Of a stretch of DNA of 64,000 bases, positions 24,634-34,538 are shown piece after piece (the stretch's first letter is position 1; the number at the start of each line of letters is the position of its first letter). A model generated the notes under the pieces. The model was not told the DNA's origin and ran no database searches. It saw only the letters and a program-made list of their open reading frames with translations. The stretch lies in the NCBI GenBank assembly GCA_964218365.1, contig CAXPMI010000037.1:3164-67163 (forward strand), given 5' to 3'. Source of the stretch: Candidatus Poseidoniaceae archaeon (GTDB taxonomy: Archaea > Thermoplasmatota > Poseidoniia > Poseidoniales > Poseidoniaceae). A program made the position numbers and the translations under genes.

Positions 24634-25776
24634 TTATGATTGGCAATTTCTCAAGATCGTAGCGATTCCCATTCCTCCGCCTATACACATCGATGCAAGG
24701 GCGTACTCTCCGCCAGTTCTATTGAGTAGTGATGCAGCTTTTCCTAAGATGCGTGCTCCGCTTGCTCCAAGAGGGTGGCCTATTGCTAAAGCTCCTCCGT
24801 CCATGTTCACTCTATCATCATCAGAATTAAGGTTCAGATCCTTCATTACTGCTAAGGATTGAGCACTGAAAGCCTCATTTAATTCAATGACATCGACATC
24901 ATCTAAGGTAATTCCTGCTCTTGCTAAAGCTTTCTTAGAAGAATCGACAGGGCCAATTCCCATAATGTGAGGTGGTACACCAACAACCGCAGTTGATACA
25001 ATTTCTGCCATTCCTGTCATGCTGTGTTCTTCTATGTAATTCTGTGAGCAAATTAGGTTACATGCAGCACCATCTGTGAGCGGGGATGATGTAGCAGCTG
25101 TTACGCTTCCAGTCTCTATAAATGCGGGTCGCAAACTTGCCATCTTTTCCAAGGTAGATTCTCTCATACACCCATCTAATTCAACCAGTTTTTCAGGTGA
25201 GTTGACAGCCACAATTTCGTGAGTAAGCAAGCCCTTGCTTTGAGCACTTAGGGCCTTTTTATGGCTTCCGAGAGCGAATTCTTCTTGTTCTAATCGAGAT
25301 ATTGAATAATTATTCGCCAGATTTTCTGCAGTTAATCCCATCGAGATATAGGCATCAGGATATTCTGATTCTATTCCAGAGTGCAAATCACGGTTCCAAC
25401 CACCTCTTTTCACTAATGACATTGTCTCCACACCAGCAGTAAGGAATACCTCTCCTGAACCTATGCTAATCGCACCTGCTGCACTATGTGCAACCTGCAT
25501 CGATGACCCGCACAGGCGGTTTGTCGTCATGCCCGGTATTGTATTTGGTAGCCCGGGTAAATAGGTTGCAATTCTCCCTAGGTTGAGTCCTTGCACTCCC
25601 TCCGGGTATGCACACCCCAACATTAGATCCTCGATGTCGTTCACGTTGACTTTGGTTCTGTCTAGGATTTCTGAAACAGTAGCATTAAGCATGTCTTCCG
25701 GTCTAACTTGTGCAAGTTCACCCTTGTGTGCTCTGTGGAAAGGAGTCCTGATGTAGTCACAGATTACTGCTCGCAT
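24634..25776 (-). CDS. Acetyl-CoA C-acetyltransferase (thiolase II)
   Basis: Active-site regions 'NRLCGSSMQVAHSAAGAI', 'NEAFSAQSL', 'GHPLGASGARIL' and 'CIGGGMGIA'. Confidence 0.9.
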   Translation of the reverse strand: MRAVICDYIRTPFHRAHKGELAQVRPEDMLNATVSEILDRTKVNVNDIEDLMLGCAYPEGVQGLNLGRIATYLPGLPNTIPGMTTNRLCGSSMQVAHSAAGAISIGSGEVFLTAGVETMSLVKRGGWNRDLHSGIESEYPDAYISMGLTAENLANNYSISRLEQEEFALGSHKKALSAQSKGLLTHEIVAVNSPEKLVELDGCMRESTLEKMASLRPAFIETGSVTAATSSPLTDGAACNLICSQNYIEEHSMTGMAEIVSTAVVGVPPHIMGIGPVDSSKKALARAGITLDDVDVIELNEAFSAQSLAVMKDLNLNSDDDRVNMDGGALAIGHPLGASGARILGKAASLLNRTGGEYALASMCIGGGMGIATILRNCQS

Positions 25777-25843
25777 GAACTGTCCAGAGAGAGTGCTTTC
25801 AATATCATTGCCCTAAAACCCATCTCAGTTCATAGAACTGATT

Positions 25844-26551
25844 ATGAAGGAGGTGTCATCAGCCCGAGACATGCTAAGACAATGTCGAACACATGGACAC
25901 TTCAGCGGAACCAATTGCCCAGAATGCAATGCAGAAGGTAAGTTCATTATGTCAGATAGAGAGGCAAACAGCCTTGGTAGAATCCTTGCTCTAGTGTTAC
26001 GTCACGCCCCAGAAAAGTTTGGAGTCGAGATGGACCTTAACGGATGGGTCAATTCCAGAGAGTTATCAGAAGCAATTCAAAACCAGAGAAGACATTTCCA
26101 CTGGCTAAGAGGATGGCATTTCGAAGCAATCGCTAATGCTGATACTAAGGGGAGATACCAAGTCGAAGGAGAAATGATTAGAGCAACATACGGGCACTCA
26201 ATCGAATTGGAGTTGGATTTACCGACCGATGATATTCCTGAAGCACTATACTGGCCATGTGACCCTGAAACTGTTTCTACACACATGGAGTACGGAATAA
26301 CAGCTGGAGACAGAAAGCATGTTCACCTATCAAAGACAATTTCCAACGCAATGGAAGCAGGTCACGTCAGGATTTCAAGGCCTGCAATTTTAGAAGTAGA
26401 TACAACCAGAGCAATAGCTGATGGATTTACGATTTGGAGAGCAGGCACAACTGTGTTCCTTTGTGAAGAAATGCCTTCAGAATATCTGTACCATGTTGAA
26501 GAGGATGACCCTTCAATTAAAGATATGATTGCAATTTGGGAAGAAGAGTAA
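25844..26551 (+). CDS. kptA: RNA 2'-phosphotransferase (KptA/Tpt1) with N-terminal Cys/His cluster
   Basis: 'LALVLRHAPEKFGVEMDLNGWV', 'RYQVEGEMIRATYGHS' and 'HVHLS' match the Tpt1 family. The N-terminus carries 'CRTHGHFSGTNCPEC'. Confidence 0.8.
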   Translation: MKEVSSARDMLRQCRTHGHFSGTNCPECNAEGKFIMSDREANSLGRILALVLRHAPEKFGVEMDLNGWVNSRELSEAIQNQRRHFHWLRGWHFEAIANADTKGRYQVEGEMIRATYGHSIELELDLPTDDIPEALYWPCDPETVSTHMEYGITAGDRKHVHLSKTISNAMEAGHVRISRPAILEVDTTRAIADGFTIWRAGTTVFLCEEMPSEYLYHVEEDDPSIKDMIAIWEEE

Positions 26552-26890
26552 TCACTCTGTGTAATTACCACAGGCCGAACAGAAATTTAGGTCTGCATCA
26601 ATACTTGCTCCACAATGTGGACACATTCCGCCTGCGATTGCAATAACCTGCTTTGCTATTTCCGTATTATCTGCATTAGGAGTAGAAAGTGCCTGGACTA
26701 TTTTCAATGGATTTTGGCCTAATTTCGAAAGTTCCTTGAATCTTGTAGAGAATTCGATGGCTAGCAGAAGTGAGGACTCGATTTGCCACTGTCGTTTCTG
26801 CCTCTCAACTTTGTCGACTATCTCTTCACAAGCATCTAACTCTGCTTGCATATGTCGAATGAATTCGTCAACAGTAGGTGACTCTGTCAT
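26552..26890 (-). CDS. Hypothetical coiled-coil protein with C-terminal double-CxxC zinc ribbon
   Basis: 'CPHCGASIDADLNFCSACG' at the C-terminus. The start is set at the internal Met ('MTESPTVDEF'); the ORF track's 22 extra residues look non-coding. Confidence 0.45.
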   Translation of the reverse strand: MTESPTVDEFIRHMQAELDACEEIVDKVERQKRQWQIESSLLLAIEFSTRFKELSKLGQNPLKIVQALSTPNADNTEIAKQVIAIAGGMCPHCGASIDADLNFCSACGNYTE

Positions 26891-26958
26891 GTTTGACCGG
26901 TAACACCTCTCCCATGTAAATCCAATGCACACATTAGTAGGAAACCCTTGCCACAAGC

Positions 26959-27732
26959 ATGGCGGGAACGGTTGTCATCAAATGGGGGGGTGGACTAATC
27001 ACTCACAAAGACCAATTGTGTACAGTCAATCTTGAAATTATCAGGTCATTGGCAGAAGTATGCTCCCAAACCTCAAAGAAATTAGTTATCGTTCACGGAG
27101 CAGGTTCATTTGGACACCTTAAGGCTAAGAAATTCAGGTTAGCAGATGGGAGGATATCCGGTTTGAACCAAGATTCTGCAGTAAGAGATGTCCGCAATGA
27201 TATGTTGGAACTAAACTCCGTTGTGGTTAGAGAATTGAGGTCCTTTGGTCTAGACGTAAAGAGTTACTCGCCGCACCAATGGGCCAAGGGTACGGGTGCT
27301 GATTTCACAGGTGATTTACCTCTACATCATGGAGTAACTGTGGTGTACGGTGACGTGGTAGATGATGATGCTAAAGAATTTGGAATATTATCTGGCGATG
27401 ACTTGATGTTGAGATATTCTATTGAAATCCCGGATGTTGAGAGGGCTGTATTTGCAATAGGAGGAGTTGATGGCATACTTCGAGTGCCACCTGCTAAAGC
27501 AGGTCCAGATGATCTGATCGAGGTATGGACTCCGGACATGGAGTTTGAAGGTGAGCATGCAGCGGATATTGATGTGACAGGTGGAATTGGGCTAAAGGCG
27601 ACACGGGGCGCTATGATTGCTGCAAATGGTATCGATGTTGTCCTGATAAATGGAGAAATTCCGGGGAGAGTTTTAGACGCAATTGAAGGTAAATCAGTAA
27701 TCGGAACTCGGATTGAATCGGGGAACTGTTGA
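26959..27732 (+). CDS. ipk: Isopentenyl phosphate kinase (amino-acid-kinase fold)
   Basis: 'VIKWGGGLITHKD' and 'LVIVHGAGSFGH' match the IPK/fosfomycin-resistance-kinase pattern. The gene lies directly upstream of the IDI-GGPPS fusion. Confidence 0.75.
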   Translation: MAGTVVIKWGGGLITHKDQLCTVNLEIIRSLAEVCSQTSKKLVIVHGAGSFGHLKAKKFRLADGRISGLNQDSAVRDVRNDMLELNSVVVRELRSFGLDVKSYSPHQWAKGTGADFTGDLPLHHGVTVVYGDVVDDDAKEFGILSGDDLMLRYSIEIPDVERAVFAIGGVDGILRVPPAKAGPDDLIEVWTPDMEFEGEHAADIDVTGGIGLKATRGAMIAANGIDVVLINGEIPGRVLDAIEGKSVIGTRIESGNC

Positions 27733-27752
27733 TGTAGTGGACGCGAAACCCA

Positions 27753-29495
27753 ATGTTAGGTGAGTCGATGTCAGGATATGGGATAGAGGATGTTCCAACA
27801 ATCCAAATGGAATCGGACGCATCGTCAGCTCTGGATGGTTCAGATACTGTTCAGGAGTCTTTGATGGCTGAAGCGGTCATTCAGGTTACCGAGCATGACG
27901 AAGTAATAGGGCCCATCTCAAAGTTGGATTCACACTTTGAGGTAGGAAAGTATCACCGGGCATTCAGTGTGCTTCTTTTCGATTCATCAGGTAGACTCCT
28001 ACTCCAAAAAAGAGCATCCCACAAAATTACATTTCCAAGTGTTTGGGCAAATTCATGTTGCTCACACCCTCTGTATTCAGACGAAGAGATGGAACTTAAG
28101 GATGCACTTGGTGTAAAAAGGGCCGCTATCAGAAAACTCGACCAGGAGTTGGGAATTCACCCGTCACAAGTTCCGATAGAAAAATTCGACTTTGTAACTA
28201 GGATGAGGTATCAATCACGCCAAGATGAAGAATGGATTGAGCGTGAAATTGACCATTGTTTGGTAATTCATGCTGATGTTGATTTGGCCCCTAACCCGAA
28301 CGAAGTTGAAGATGTGAAATGGGTATCAAAGGAAGACTTAGAGGAAATTTTAGTCTCTGATTCTGGGGAAATCATTGCACCATGGTTCAGATGTATTGCT
28401 GCCAGAGTAATGACAGATGATTGGTGGAGACCAGGGTGTACAAAACCTGACGATTTAATCCATGACATGGGAGATGTATCACACATGCTGCCTAATGCTG
28501 TGGGTGCAGATTTGACAACAAGCATTGCCGAGGTAAAGGACTTGGTCGAAAGTAGAATTGAAAGAGCCCTTACCCACTCAAATTTAGAGAGGCTTTCTGG
28601 TGCAATGATGCATTTACTTGAGGGTGGAGGCAAAAGGCTGCGCGCCACATTGCCGTGGCTTGTTGCTAAAGCTGTGGGTGATACTCACTCTGGTCTATTA
28701 GATGTCGGAGCAGCGATAGAAATCATTCACAATTTCACTTTAGTTCATGATGACATCATGGATGATGATGATGTCCGAAGAGGAAGGCCTGCTGTTCACA
28801 AGGCGTATGATCTACCAACTGCGATTAATGCAGGAGATGCTATGCTTGCAATTGCTTTTGAAGCAATGGCAGTAGCAGAGGGCATCGAGCCAGAACTACT
28901 ACCATTCTTGGTGAAGAGAATAGGTAGAATGGTTAGGAAATGTAGCGAAGGTCAGCAATTAGACATCGAATTTGAGGATAGAGATGTAGTAACTGAAGAA
29001 GAATATATTGAGATGATACATGGTAAGACCGCTGCGATGTTCCTGACATGTGCAGAGGTTGGTTCCCATCTTGCTGGTGCGGATGAGGAAATTATCCAAT
29101 GCATGCACGATTGGGGACTGGCTCTCGGATTGTGCTTCCAACTAATGGATGACTTAATCGATGTTCTTTCTGACTCAGATACCCTAGGTAAGCCAAGTGG
29201 AAGCGATGTAGCCCAAGGTAAGAGAACGCTGATGGTAATTCATGCACTCAAACAGCCTCCATCTGATTCCAAGGATGATTTACTAGCTGTTCTAGGTAAA
29301 GGTGACAACGTAACAGCAGAGCAAGTTGCCAGAGGTCATCAAGCGCTTCATGACCTTGGCTCAATTGATTATGCAAAAGCAAAGGCGGAGGCATACCATA
29401 GAAAGGCACATGATTGCCTTGACAGGCTTTCAGAAAGCCCTGCATTAAAAGCGCTTAGAGAGTTGACCGATTATCAACTCAACCGGATATACTGA
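27753..29495 (+). CDS. Fusion: type-1 isopentenyl-diphosphate isomerase (Nudix) + geranylgeranyl/polyprenyl diphosphate synthase
   Basis: The N-terminal half carries IDI1 motifs: 'YHRAFSVLLFDSSGRLLLQKRASHKITFPSVWANSCCSHPL' and 'EREIDHCLV'. The C-terminal half is a trans-prenyltransferase with FARM 'LVHDDIMDDDDVRRG' (about nt 28741-28785) and SARM 'FQLMDDLID' (about nt 29137-29163). Confidence 0.85.
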   Translation: MLGESMSGYGIEDVPTIQMESDASSALDGSDTVQESLMAEAVIQVTEHDEVIGPISKLDSHFEVGKYHRAFSVLLFDSSGRLLLQKRASHKITFPSVWANSCCSHPLYSDEEMELKDALGVKRAAIRKLDQELGIHPSQVPIEKFDFVTRMRYQSRQDEEWIEREIDHCLVIHADVDLAPNPNEVEDVKWVSKEDLEEILVSDSGEIIAPWFRCIAARVMTDDWWRPGCTKPDDLIHDMGDVSHMLPNAVGADLTTSIAEVKDLVESRIERALTHSNLERLSGAMMHLLEGGGKRLRATLPWLVAKAVGDTHSGLLDVGAAIEIIHNFTLVHDDIMDDDDVRRGRPAVHKAYDLPTAINAGDAMLAIAFEAMAVAEGIEPELLPFLVKRIGRMVRKCSEGQQLDIEFEDRDVVTEEEYIEMIHGKTAAMFLTCAEVGSHLAGADEEIIQCMHDWGLALGLCFQLMDDLIDVLSDSDTLGKPSGSDVAQGKRTLMVIHALKQPPSDSKDDLLAVLGKGDNVTAEQVARGHQALHDLGSIDYAKAKAEAYHRKAHDCLDRLSESPALKALRELTDYQLNRIY

Positions 29496-29910
29496 TCCTG
29501 CCAGGTTTCAAAACCTTGCAATACCATCGCGTATCGCCTGGAAATTTTTCATGGGACATTCGACTATAATCTCCCTCTGTAAAAGAATCGGAAATTTTCC
29601 AGCATGGCGTAGCATCTGAGACAACTTCCAGTCTTACCTCTCCCACGTCAAATATCATTCCCATTGCCAAGCCATAACCTTCGACTAGCAAGTTTTCCCC
29701 GGTCGTTCCAGATTTAATTGGGTGACCTTCTGATTGTAGTTTTAGCAGAAGTTCGTTTTCTAGAACGCAAATGGCCTTCATTGGTCCGCCGTGATGCTTT
29801 TTATTGTTACAAGCGTCACCCACTATGCCATTGATGTCAACAACAGCTGAATTCACAGAGAGTTTTGGCACTCCACCATTTGAGGTGAATATACCTAACA
29901 GTTGACCCAT
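29479..29910 (-). CDS. MOSC-domain protein
   Basis: A 143-aa beta-barrel-like protein with 'HHGGPMKAICVL' and 'GENLLVEG' motifs, typical of small MOSC/YiiM-like proteins. Confidence 0.6.
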   Translation of the reverse strand: MGQLLGIFTSNGGVPKLSVNSAVVDINGIVGDACNNKKHHGGPMKAICVLENELLLKLQSEGHPIKSGTTGENLLVEGYGLAMGMIFDVGEVRLEVVSDATPCWKISDSFTEGDYSRMSHEKFPGDTRWYCKVLKPGRISISG

Positions 29911-29946
29911 GCGAATTCCACATGATTGTTTAATTTGAACTATTGC

Positions 29947-32154
29947 TCAATCAGAGTAGTAAGATTCAGGGTTTGGCTCAGGCTTCAATCCCTTTCTTGT
30001 TCTGATTTCACCAACAACCTTGTCGAATAGTTGCGGTGGTAGCATCTCGAATCCGATGTTCTCTGAGTTCCATACTGCCCTACCTTGGGATGCAGCACGG
30101 ATGTCGTTGGAGAATCCGAATGTCTCAGCAACTGGTAGTGTTCCAATAACAGTAGTTGCTTCTCCTTCAGATGGCATATCTTCGATGATACCTCTTCTGT
30201 TGGTGATTTCACGAGTAACCTGTCCTAGCCAGTCGTTTGGAACGCTGACGTGAGATCTCTGCATTGGTTCCATCAAGACTGTGCGTGCACGTAGCATTGC
30301 ACCCTTGATACCGTTTCTAACAGCAGGAATAGTCTGAGCAGGCCCACGGTGGATTGCGTCTTCGTGTAACTTTGCATCTACTAGTCTAACCATCATACCC
30401 ATGACTGGTTCATCAGCAACAGGGCCTTTCTTACAGACTTCATTGAATGCTTCGATAATCAATTCACGGGTCTCGTGAAGACCTTGAATACCCTTGGTGT
30501 CGTTTACTAGCACGTTTGTTCCACTAATTGCGTAAATCTTGCGCATTAGGTCCTTGTCCATGCCAAACTCACCGAATTTGTTTCCAACTTCCTTAGCATC
30601 TCCAGAGCGGATTGTTCCGTTTCCGAAGTGACCTTCTCTTAATGCTGCAACTACTTCAGCGGAAAGTGGTTCACATTCCATCATGAATCTGTTGTGGCGG
30701 TTAGGAGACTTACCTTCGAAAGAGCGTCCCTTATTGTTGCCTTCAACAGATTCTCTGTATACAACAATAGGTGGGCTGACCTTTACCTTGATGTTCTGCT
30801 CCTCTTCTAGTCTGTAGACTGTGATTTCTAAGTGAAGTTCTCCCATTCCTGCTAGAAGCGCTTCACCAGTTTCCTGATTTGTCATAACCTGTAGGGAAGC
30901 GTCGGACTTTGCAAGGGACCTCAGAGCGTCGATGAACTTTGGAAGGTCCTTCATGCTCTTTGGCTCGACAGCGACGGTAACTACAGGGTCAGAGTAGTGT
31001 CTGATTGCTTCGAATGGAGTGAAATCCTTGTCACGAGACAATGTCACACCTGCTGCTGCTGAGCGGATACCTGTGATTGCTGCGATGTTACCTGCAACAA
31101 CCTTTGGTACCGTGATTCTATCTCCACCGACCATCATGCTAACTTGCTGAACACGCTCTGGCTTTGCAGCACCGATTGCGTAAACAGATTCTCCTTGGTT
31201 GATAGCACCAGAGTACAATCTTCCCACTGCGACTTCACCAGCATGTGGGTCCATCCATATCTTTGTGATCATCATTGCGAGTTCTGCTTCTGGGTCACAG
31301 TTCATCATTGCTTTACCGATTGGAGTTTCTAGGTCTCCAGTCCAAATGTTAGGAATACGGTACGGTTGTGCTTCGACAGGTCCAGGAAGTTTTGTTACTG
31401 CCATGTCGAGAAGAACTTCGTGTACTGGAGCCTTTTGAGCAAGTGTCTTTTGGTCTTCGTTGTTACAATACTCAAAAATCTCAGTCATTGAAACCCCGGA
31501 TTTCTTCATATATGGAATTGTGATACCCCAGTTGTGGTATGCTGATCCAAATGCTACTGTACCATCAAGAACGCTTACTTGCCATTCTTTCTTCTTTTCT
31601 TCAGGTGCGAATTGACGGATTAATTTGTTGACTTTGATGATAGTCTCTTCAAATCTCTTCAACATATCTTCAGGAGTAACCTTTAGTTCGTTGATTAGAC
31701 GGTCAACTTTGTTGATAAACAGAACAGGCTTTACCTTTTCCTTAAGTGCTTGACGGACAACAGTCTCAGTTTGAGGCATTGGTCCTTCCACTGCACATGC
31801 TAGGATGAAACATCCGTCAACTGCACGCATAGCACGAGTAACGTCACCACCAAAGTCTACGTGACCAGGTGTATCGATTAGGTTGATGAGATAGTCAGTT
31901 CCATCGACGCTGTGAACCATAGATGCTGAAGCAGCGTTAATGGTGATTCCACGTGCGCTCTCTTGCTCATCGAAGTCTAGAACTCTGCTTTTTCCAGCAA
32001 GGTCTTCGCTCATCATTCCTGCACCTGCTATTAGGTTGTCAGAAAGTGTAGTTTTTCCGTGGTCAATGTGAGCAGCGATACACAAGTTACGGATCTGTGG
32101 TAGGATGTGCATAACTTCTGTTGCCTTCTTGATGTTGTCTTCTTTACGGCCCAT
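29947..32154 (-). CDS. fusA: Translation elongation factor 2 (aEF-2)
   Basis: GTPase motifs 'AHIDHGKTTLSD', 'DTPGHVDF' and 'NKVDR'. The diphthamide loop reads 'HEDAIHRGPAQ'. At 735 aa the length fits. Confidence 0.95.
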   Translation of the reverse strand: MGRKEDNIKKATEVMHILPQIRNLCIAAHIDHGKTTLSDNLIAGAGMMSEDLAGKSRVLDFDEQESARGITINAASASMVHSVDGTDYLINLIDTPGHVDFGGDVTRAMRAVDGCFILACAVEGPMPQTETVVRQALKEKVKPVLFINKVDRLINELKVTPEDMLKRFEETIIKVNKLIRQFAPEEKKKEWQVSVLDGTVAFGSAYHNWGITIPYMKKSGVSMTEIFEYCNNEDQKTLAQKAPVHEVLLDMAVTKLPGPVEAQPYRIPNIWTGDLETPIGKAMMNCDPEAELAMMITKIWMDPHAGEVAVGRLYSGAINQGESVYAIGAAKPERVQQVSMMVGGDRITVPKVVAGNIAAITGIRSAAAGVTLSRDKDFTPFEAIRHYSDPVVTVAVEPKSMKDLPKFIDALRSLAKSDASLQVMTNQETGEALLAGMGELHLEITVYRLEEEQNIKVKVSPPIVVYRESVEGNNKGRSFEGKSPNRHNRFMMECEPLSAEVVAALREGHFGNGTIRSGDAKEVGNKFGEFGMDKDLMRKIYAISGTNVLVNDTKGIQGLHETRELIIEAFNEVCKKGPVADEPVMGMMVRLVDAKLHEDAIHRGPAQTIPAVRNGIKGAMLRARTVLMEPMQRSHVSVPNDWLGQVTREITNRRGIIEDMPSEGEATTVIGTLPVAETFGFSNDIRAASQGRAVWNSENIGFEMLPPQLFDKVVGEIRTRKGLKPEPNPESYYSD

Positions 32155-32159
32155 GGTAA

Positions 32160-32166
32160 ATCACCT
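32160..32166 (-). promoter_or_regulatory. Shine-Dalgarno site (AGGTGAT) for EF-2
   Basis: The minus strand reads 'cAGGTGATttacc ATG', placing the SD 5 nt from the start codon. Confidence 0.5.
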
Positions 32167-32249
32167 GACTCTCGTCTGTTCTCGCCACCTTGAAGGGGTT
32201 TATCAAATCGACTACCCAAATTGGTGTAGAACCGTGTGCTGTGTGCTGA

Positions 32250-33398
32250 TTATGCACTCAAATTTGCGTTCTTGTATTCAATTTTCATATCTCTGAATAA
32301 TTGTCGTAAGTCATCCTTAGCGGTTCTAACGGAATTTTTCAAATCGTTTATTCTTGCTTTCATTGCAGCTTTTGACTCACTAGCCATGTTCTTGAAATCC
32401 TTTTTTGCTTTCTGGAATTCAAACATTTTCGAGCGTAGATTATCGCGACATCTTGCTAAGCGATCCTCAAACTTATGGATGTTAACATTGCGTTTTTCAA
32501 GCCTCTGTGCTCTCTTTTTGAATCGCATGTTTACTTTAGCCACCTCAATCGAATGGTTTGGCGTTGATTTAAGTTGGGAGTTTAATCCGAGATAATTAAA
32601 CGATTTAATCCACCACTTACTTGGGTCAACGTGGTACCACTTGTGTCCATTTCTGTAATCTGCTTGGAAGGTGTGGTGAAAGTTGTGATAACCCTCGCCG
32701 AAGGTAAGGAAAGCAAGCCAAAAAGAATCTCTGCTTGAATTCTCCTCTGAATAAGGTTGCGTACCCCAAATATGGGCCGCACTATTGATCAGGAAAGTTC
32801 CATGGTGAACGAAGACAACTCTGGCCAATCCTGCCCATACAAAGCATCCAACTGCGCCAGACAAACCTCCAATCGCAAAACCAACAATAGCCGGTAAGAT
32901 AAGACCTGAAATTGCACCGATTAAGAAAACATTCCTATGTTGCCACATGATGATTTTGCTTTGTTGTAGGTCTTTAACATTAGAAAAATCGTTGGCAAAC
33001 TTTTCTTCCTCGACTAATATCCATCCGATGTGAGAATACCAGAAGCCCTTGGATGCACTGTATGGGTCTTCTTCGGAATCTGTCATTTTGTGATGGCGTC
33101 GGTGATCAGAGCACCATTCAATAATCGAGTTTTGAAATGAACCGGCTCCAAAGATTGCGTAGAATAACACAAGTGGCCACTTGGCGGTGTGTGACCTATG
33201 TGAGAAAAGGCGGTGATAGCCTACAGTGATTGATAATCCACACGCAAAATATAGGACAAAGAATACAATCAGTTCTAAGAGACCAGGTGGACTAAAGTAA
33301 ACCCAATGGAGAATAATTCCGAGAGTTGCAAGTACTGGAGTAGCGAATAAAAATATTGAATTCAGCCAATTGATTTGCACAGCCTTGGTATCACTCAT
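32250..33398 (-). CDS. Acyl-CoA/acyl-lipid Delta9-type fatty-acid desaturase with C-terminal coiled-coil extension
   Basis: Three histidine boxes are present: 'HRLFSHRS', 'HRRHHK' and 'HNFHHTF'. Four TM helices lie N-terminal. The last roughly 110 aa are K/R/E-rich and predicted helical. Confidence 0.85.
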   Translation of the reverse strand: MSDTKAVQINWLNSIFLFATPVLATLGIILHWVYFSPPGLLELIVFFVLYFACGLSITVGYHRLFSHRSHTAKWPLVLFYAIFGAGSFQNSIIEWCSDHRRHHKMTDSEEDPYSASKGFWYSHIGWILVEEEKFANDFSNVKDLQQSKIIMWQHRNVFLIGAISGLILPAIVGFAIGGLSGAVGCFVWAGLARVVFVHHGTFLINSAAHIWGTQPYSEENSSRDSFWLAFLTFGEGYHNFHHTFQADYRNGHKWYHVDPSKWWIKSFNYLGLNSQLKSTPNHSIEVAKVNMRFKKRAQRLEKRNVNIHKFEDRLARCRDNLRSKMFEFQKAKKDFKNMASESKAAMKARINDLKNSVRTAKDDLRQLFRDMKIEYKNANLSA

Positions 33399-33467
33399 GT
33401 CACGTTGGCAATGAAATCCGTTATTGACTATATGGGTCAGATGAACAGATTCGCACCGATTAGAGAA

Positions 33468-34103
33468 TCATCTAGCGCTTGCCGCAATACGTTGGACTTC
33501 TTCCTTCTTTGCTACAGCAAATGAGGTTACATCTCCAACGCTTGCCTTGGTTAACTCGTTGATGATACACTGGGTCAGTGTTCTCTTAGACTTGGAAGTA
33601 CCCTGTTGTGCACCCTTTGCTAGGTTTCCTAATGCAACATCAAGTCTTCTTGAAGGTGAACTGTCAACAGCCTTTGGTTGGGAAACAGCACCGAACTTGA
33701 TTCGAGTGATTTCTTCCATAGGTGCTGCATAACAAATAGCGTCGACGAATGCTTGTAGTGGATTCTCTCCACTCCTTTCAGCCATGGAATCCAGTGCTGC
33801 CTCAAAAGCTTTCAATGCACCCATTTTCTTTCCGGTATATTTACCAGTGCGCATTAGTTTGTTAGTAAATCTCTCGACAACTGACAACTTTGCCTTACCG
33901 AACCAAGCATTTGCGTGGCGGCCACCTGTGTGTGGGACACCAACGGTTGAGAGATTGATGTATGGAGCTAGCCCTGGGTCTCTGCAAACAACTTCCGTTG
34001 CGTCGTACTTTCCGAATACGAGAGTGCCGATTCCTGCGATTGGCTTTGCCTCTTCGACGGTTGCTTCTTCTTGTGTTTCGACTTCGTCACTCATCTCAAT
34101 CAC
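33468..34103 (-). CDS. rps7: 30S ribosomal protein S7 (uS7)
   Basis: 'GGRHANAWFGKAKLSVVERFTNKLMRTGKYTGKK' and a C-terminal 'KEEVQRIAASAR', with an acidic N-terminal extension. It lies directly downstream of rps12. Confidence 0.9.
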   Translation of the reverse strand: MIEMSDEVETQEEATVEEAKPIAGIGTLVFGKYDATEVVCRDPGLAPYINLSTVGVPHTGGRHANAWFGKAKLSVVERFTNKLMRTGKYTGKKMGALKAFEAALDSMAERSGENPLQAFVDAICYAAPMEEITRIKFGAVSQPKAVDSSPSRRLDVALGNLAKGAQQGTSKSKRTLTQCIINELTKASVGDVTSFAVAKKEEVQRIAASAR

Positions 34104-34109
34104 TCCGTA

Positions 34110-34538
34110 TCAGCGAACTGGTTTCTCCTTTCTGCCACGGACCATTTCATCTAGTGAAACACCATTGACTTGGATAACCTTGTACCTAACTCCTGGGATA
34201 TCTCCGTATGAACGGCCCATGCGTCCACCGATACCTTCTACCATTACTTCATCGTGTTCGTCGATGAAGTTGATAGCACCATCTCCTGGAGCGAATGCTG
34301 TCAGTTTGTTACCGTTCTTGATTAGGGATATCTTCACCGCTTTGCGGATTCCGGAGTTTGGTTGCTTTGCTTCGATACCAACCTTTTCAACGACGATACC
34401 CTTTGCTTGAGTTGAACCTGCAAGTGGATCGTGCTTTGCTCTAGACTTGAGCATACGCTTCTTGTATCTTCGATCAGACCACCTAAACTTTTGGCGGTCT
34501 TTTGCCATCTTGGTTCCTGCGAACAATCCACGACCCAT
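34110..34538 (-). CDS. rps12: 30S ribosomal protein S12 (uS12)
   Basis: '[48 protein letters not shown]' is the classic archaeal S12 core. Confidence 0.95.
   Translation of the reverse strand: MGRGLFAGTKMAKDRQKFRWSDRRYKKRMLKSRAKHDPLAGSTQAKGIVVEKVGIEAKQPNSGIRKAVKISLIKNGNKLTAFAPGDGAINFIDEHDEVMVEGIGGRMGRSYGDIPGVRYKVIQVNGVSLDEMVRGRKEKPVR

Noticed and set aside
32236-32595. A 119-aa plus-strand ORF between EF-2 and the desaturase.
   Set aside because: It lies antisense to the desaturase's charged C-terminal coiled-coil region, and its sequence is Phe/Leu/Ser-rich noise.
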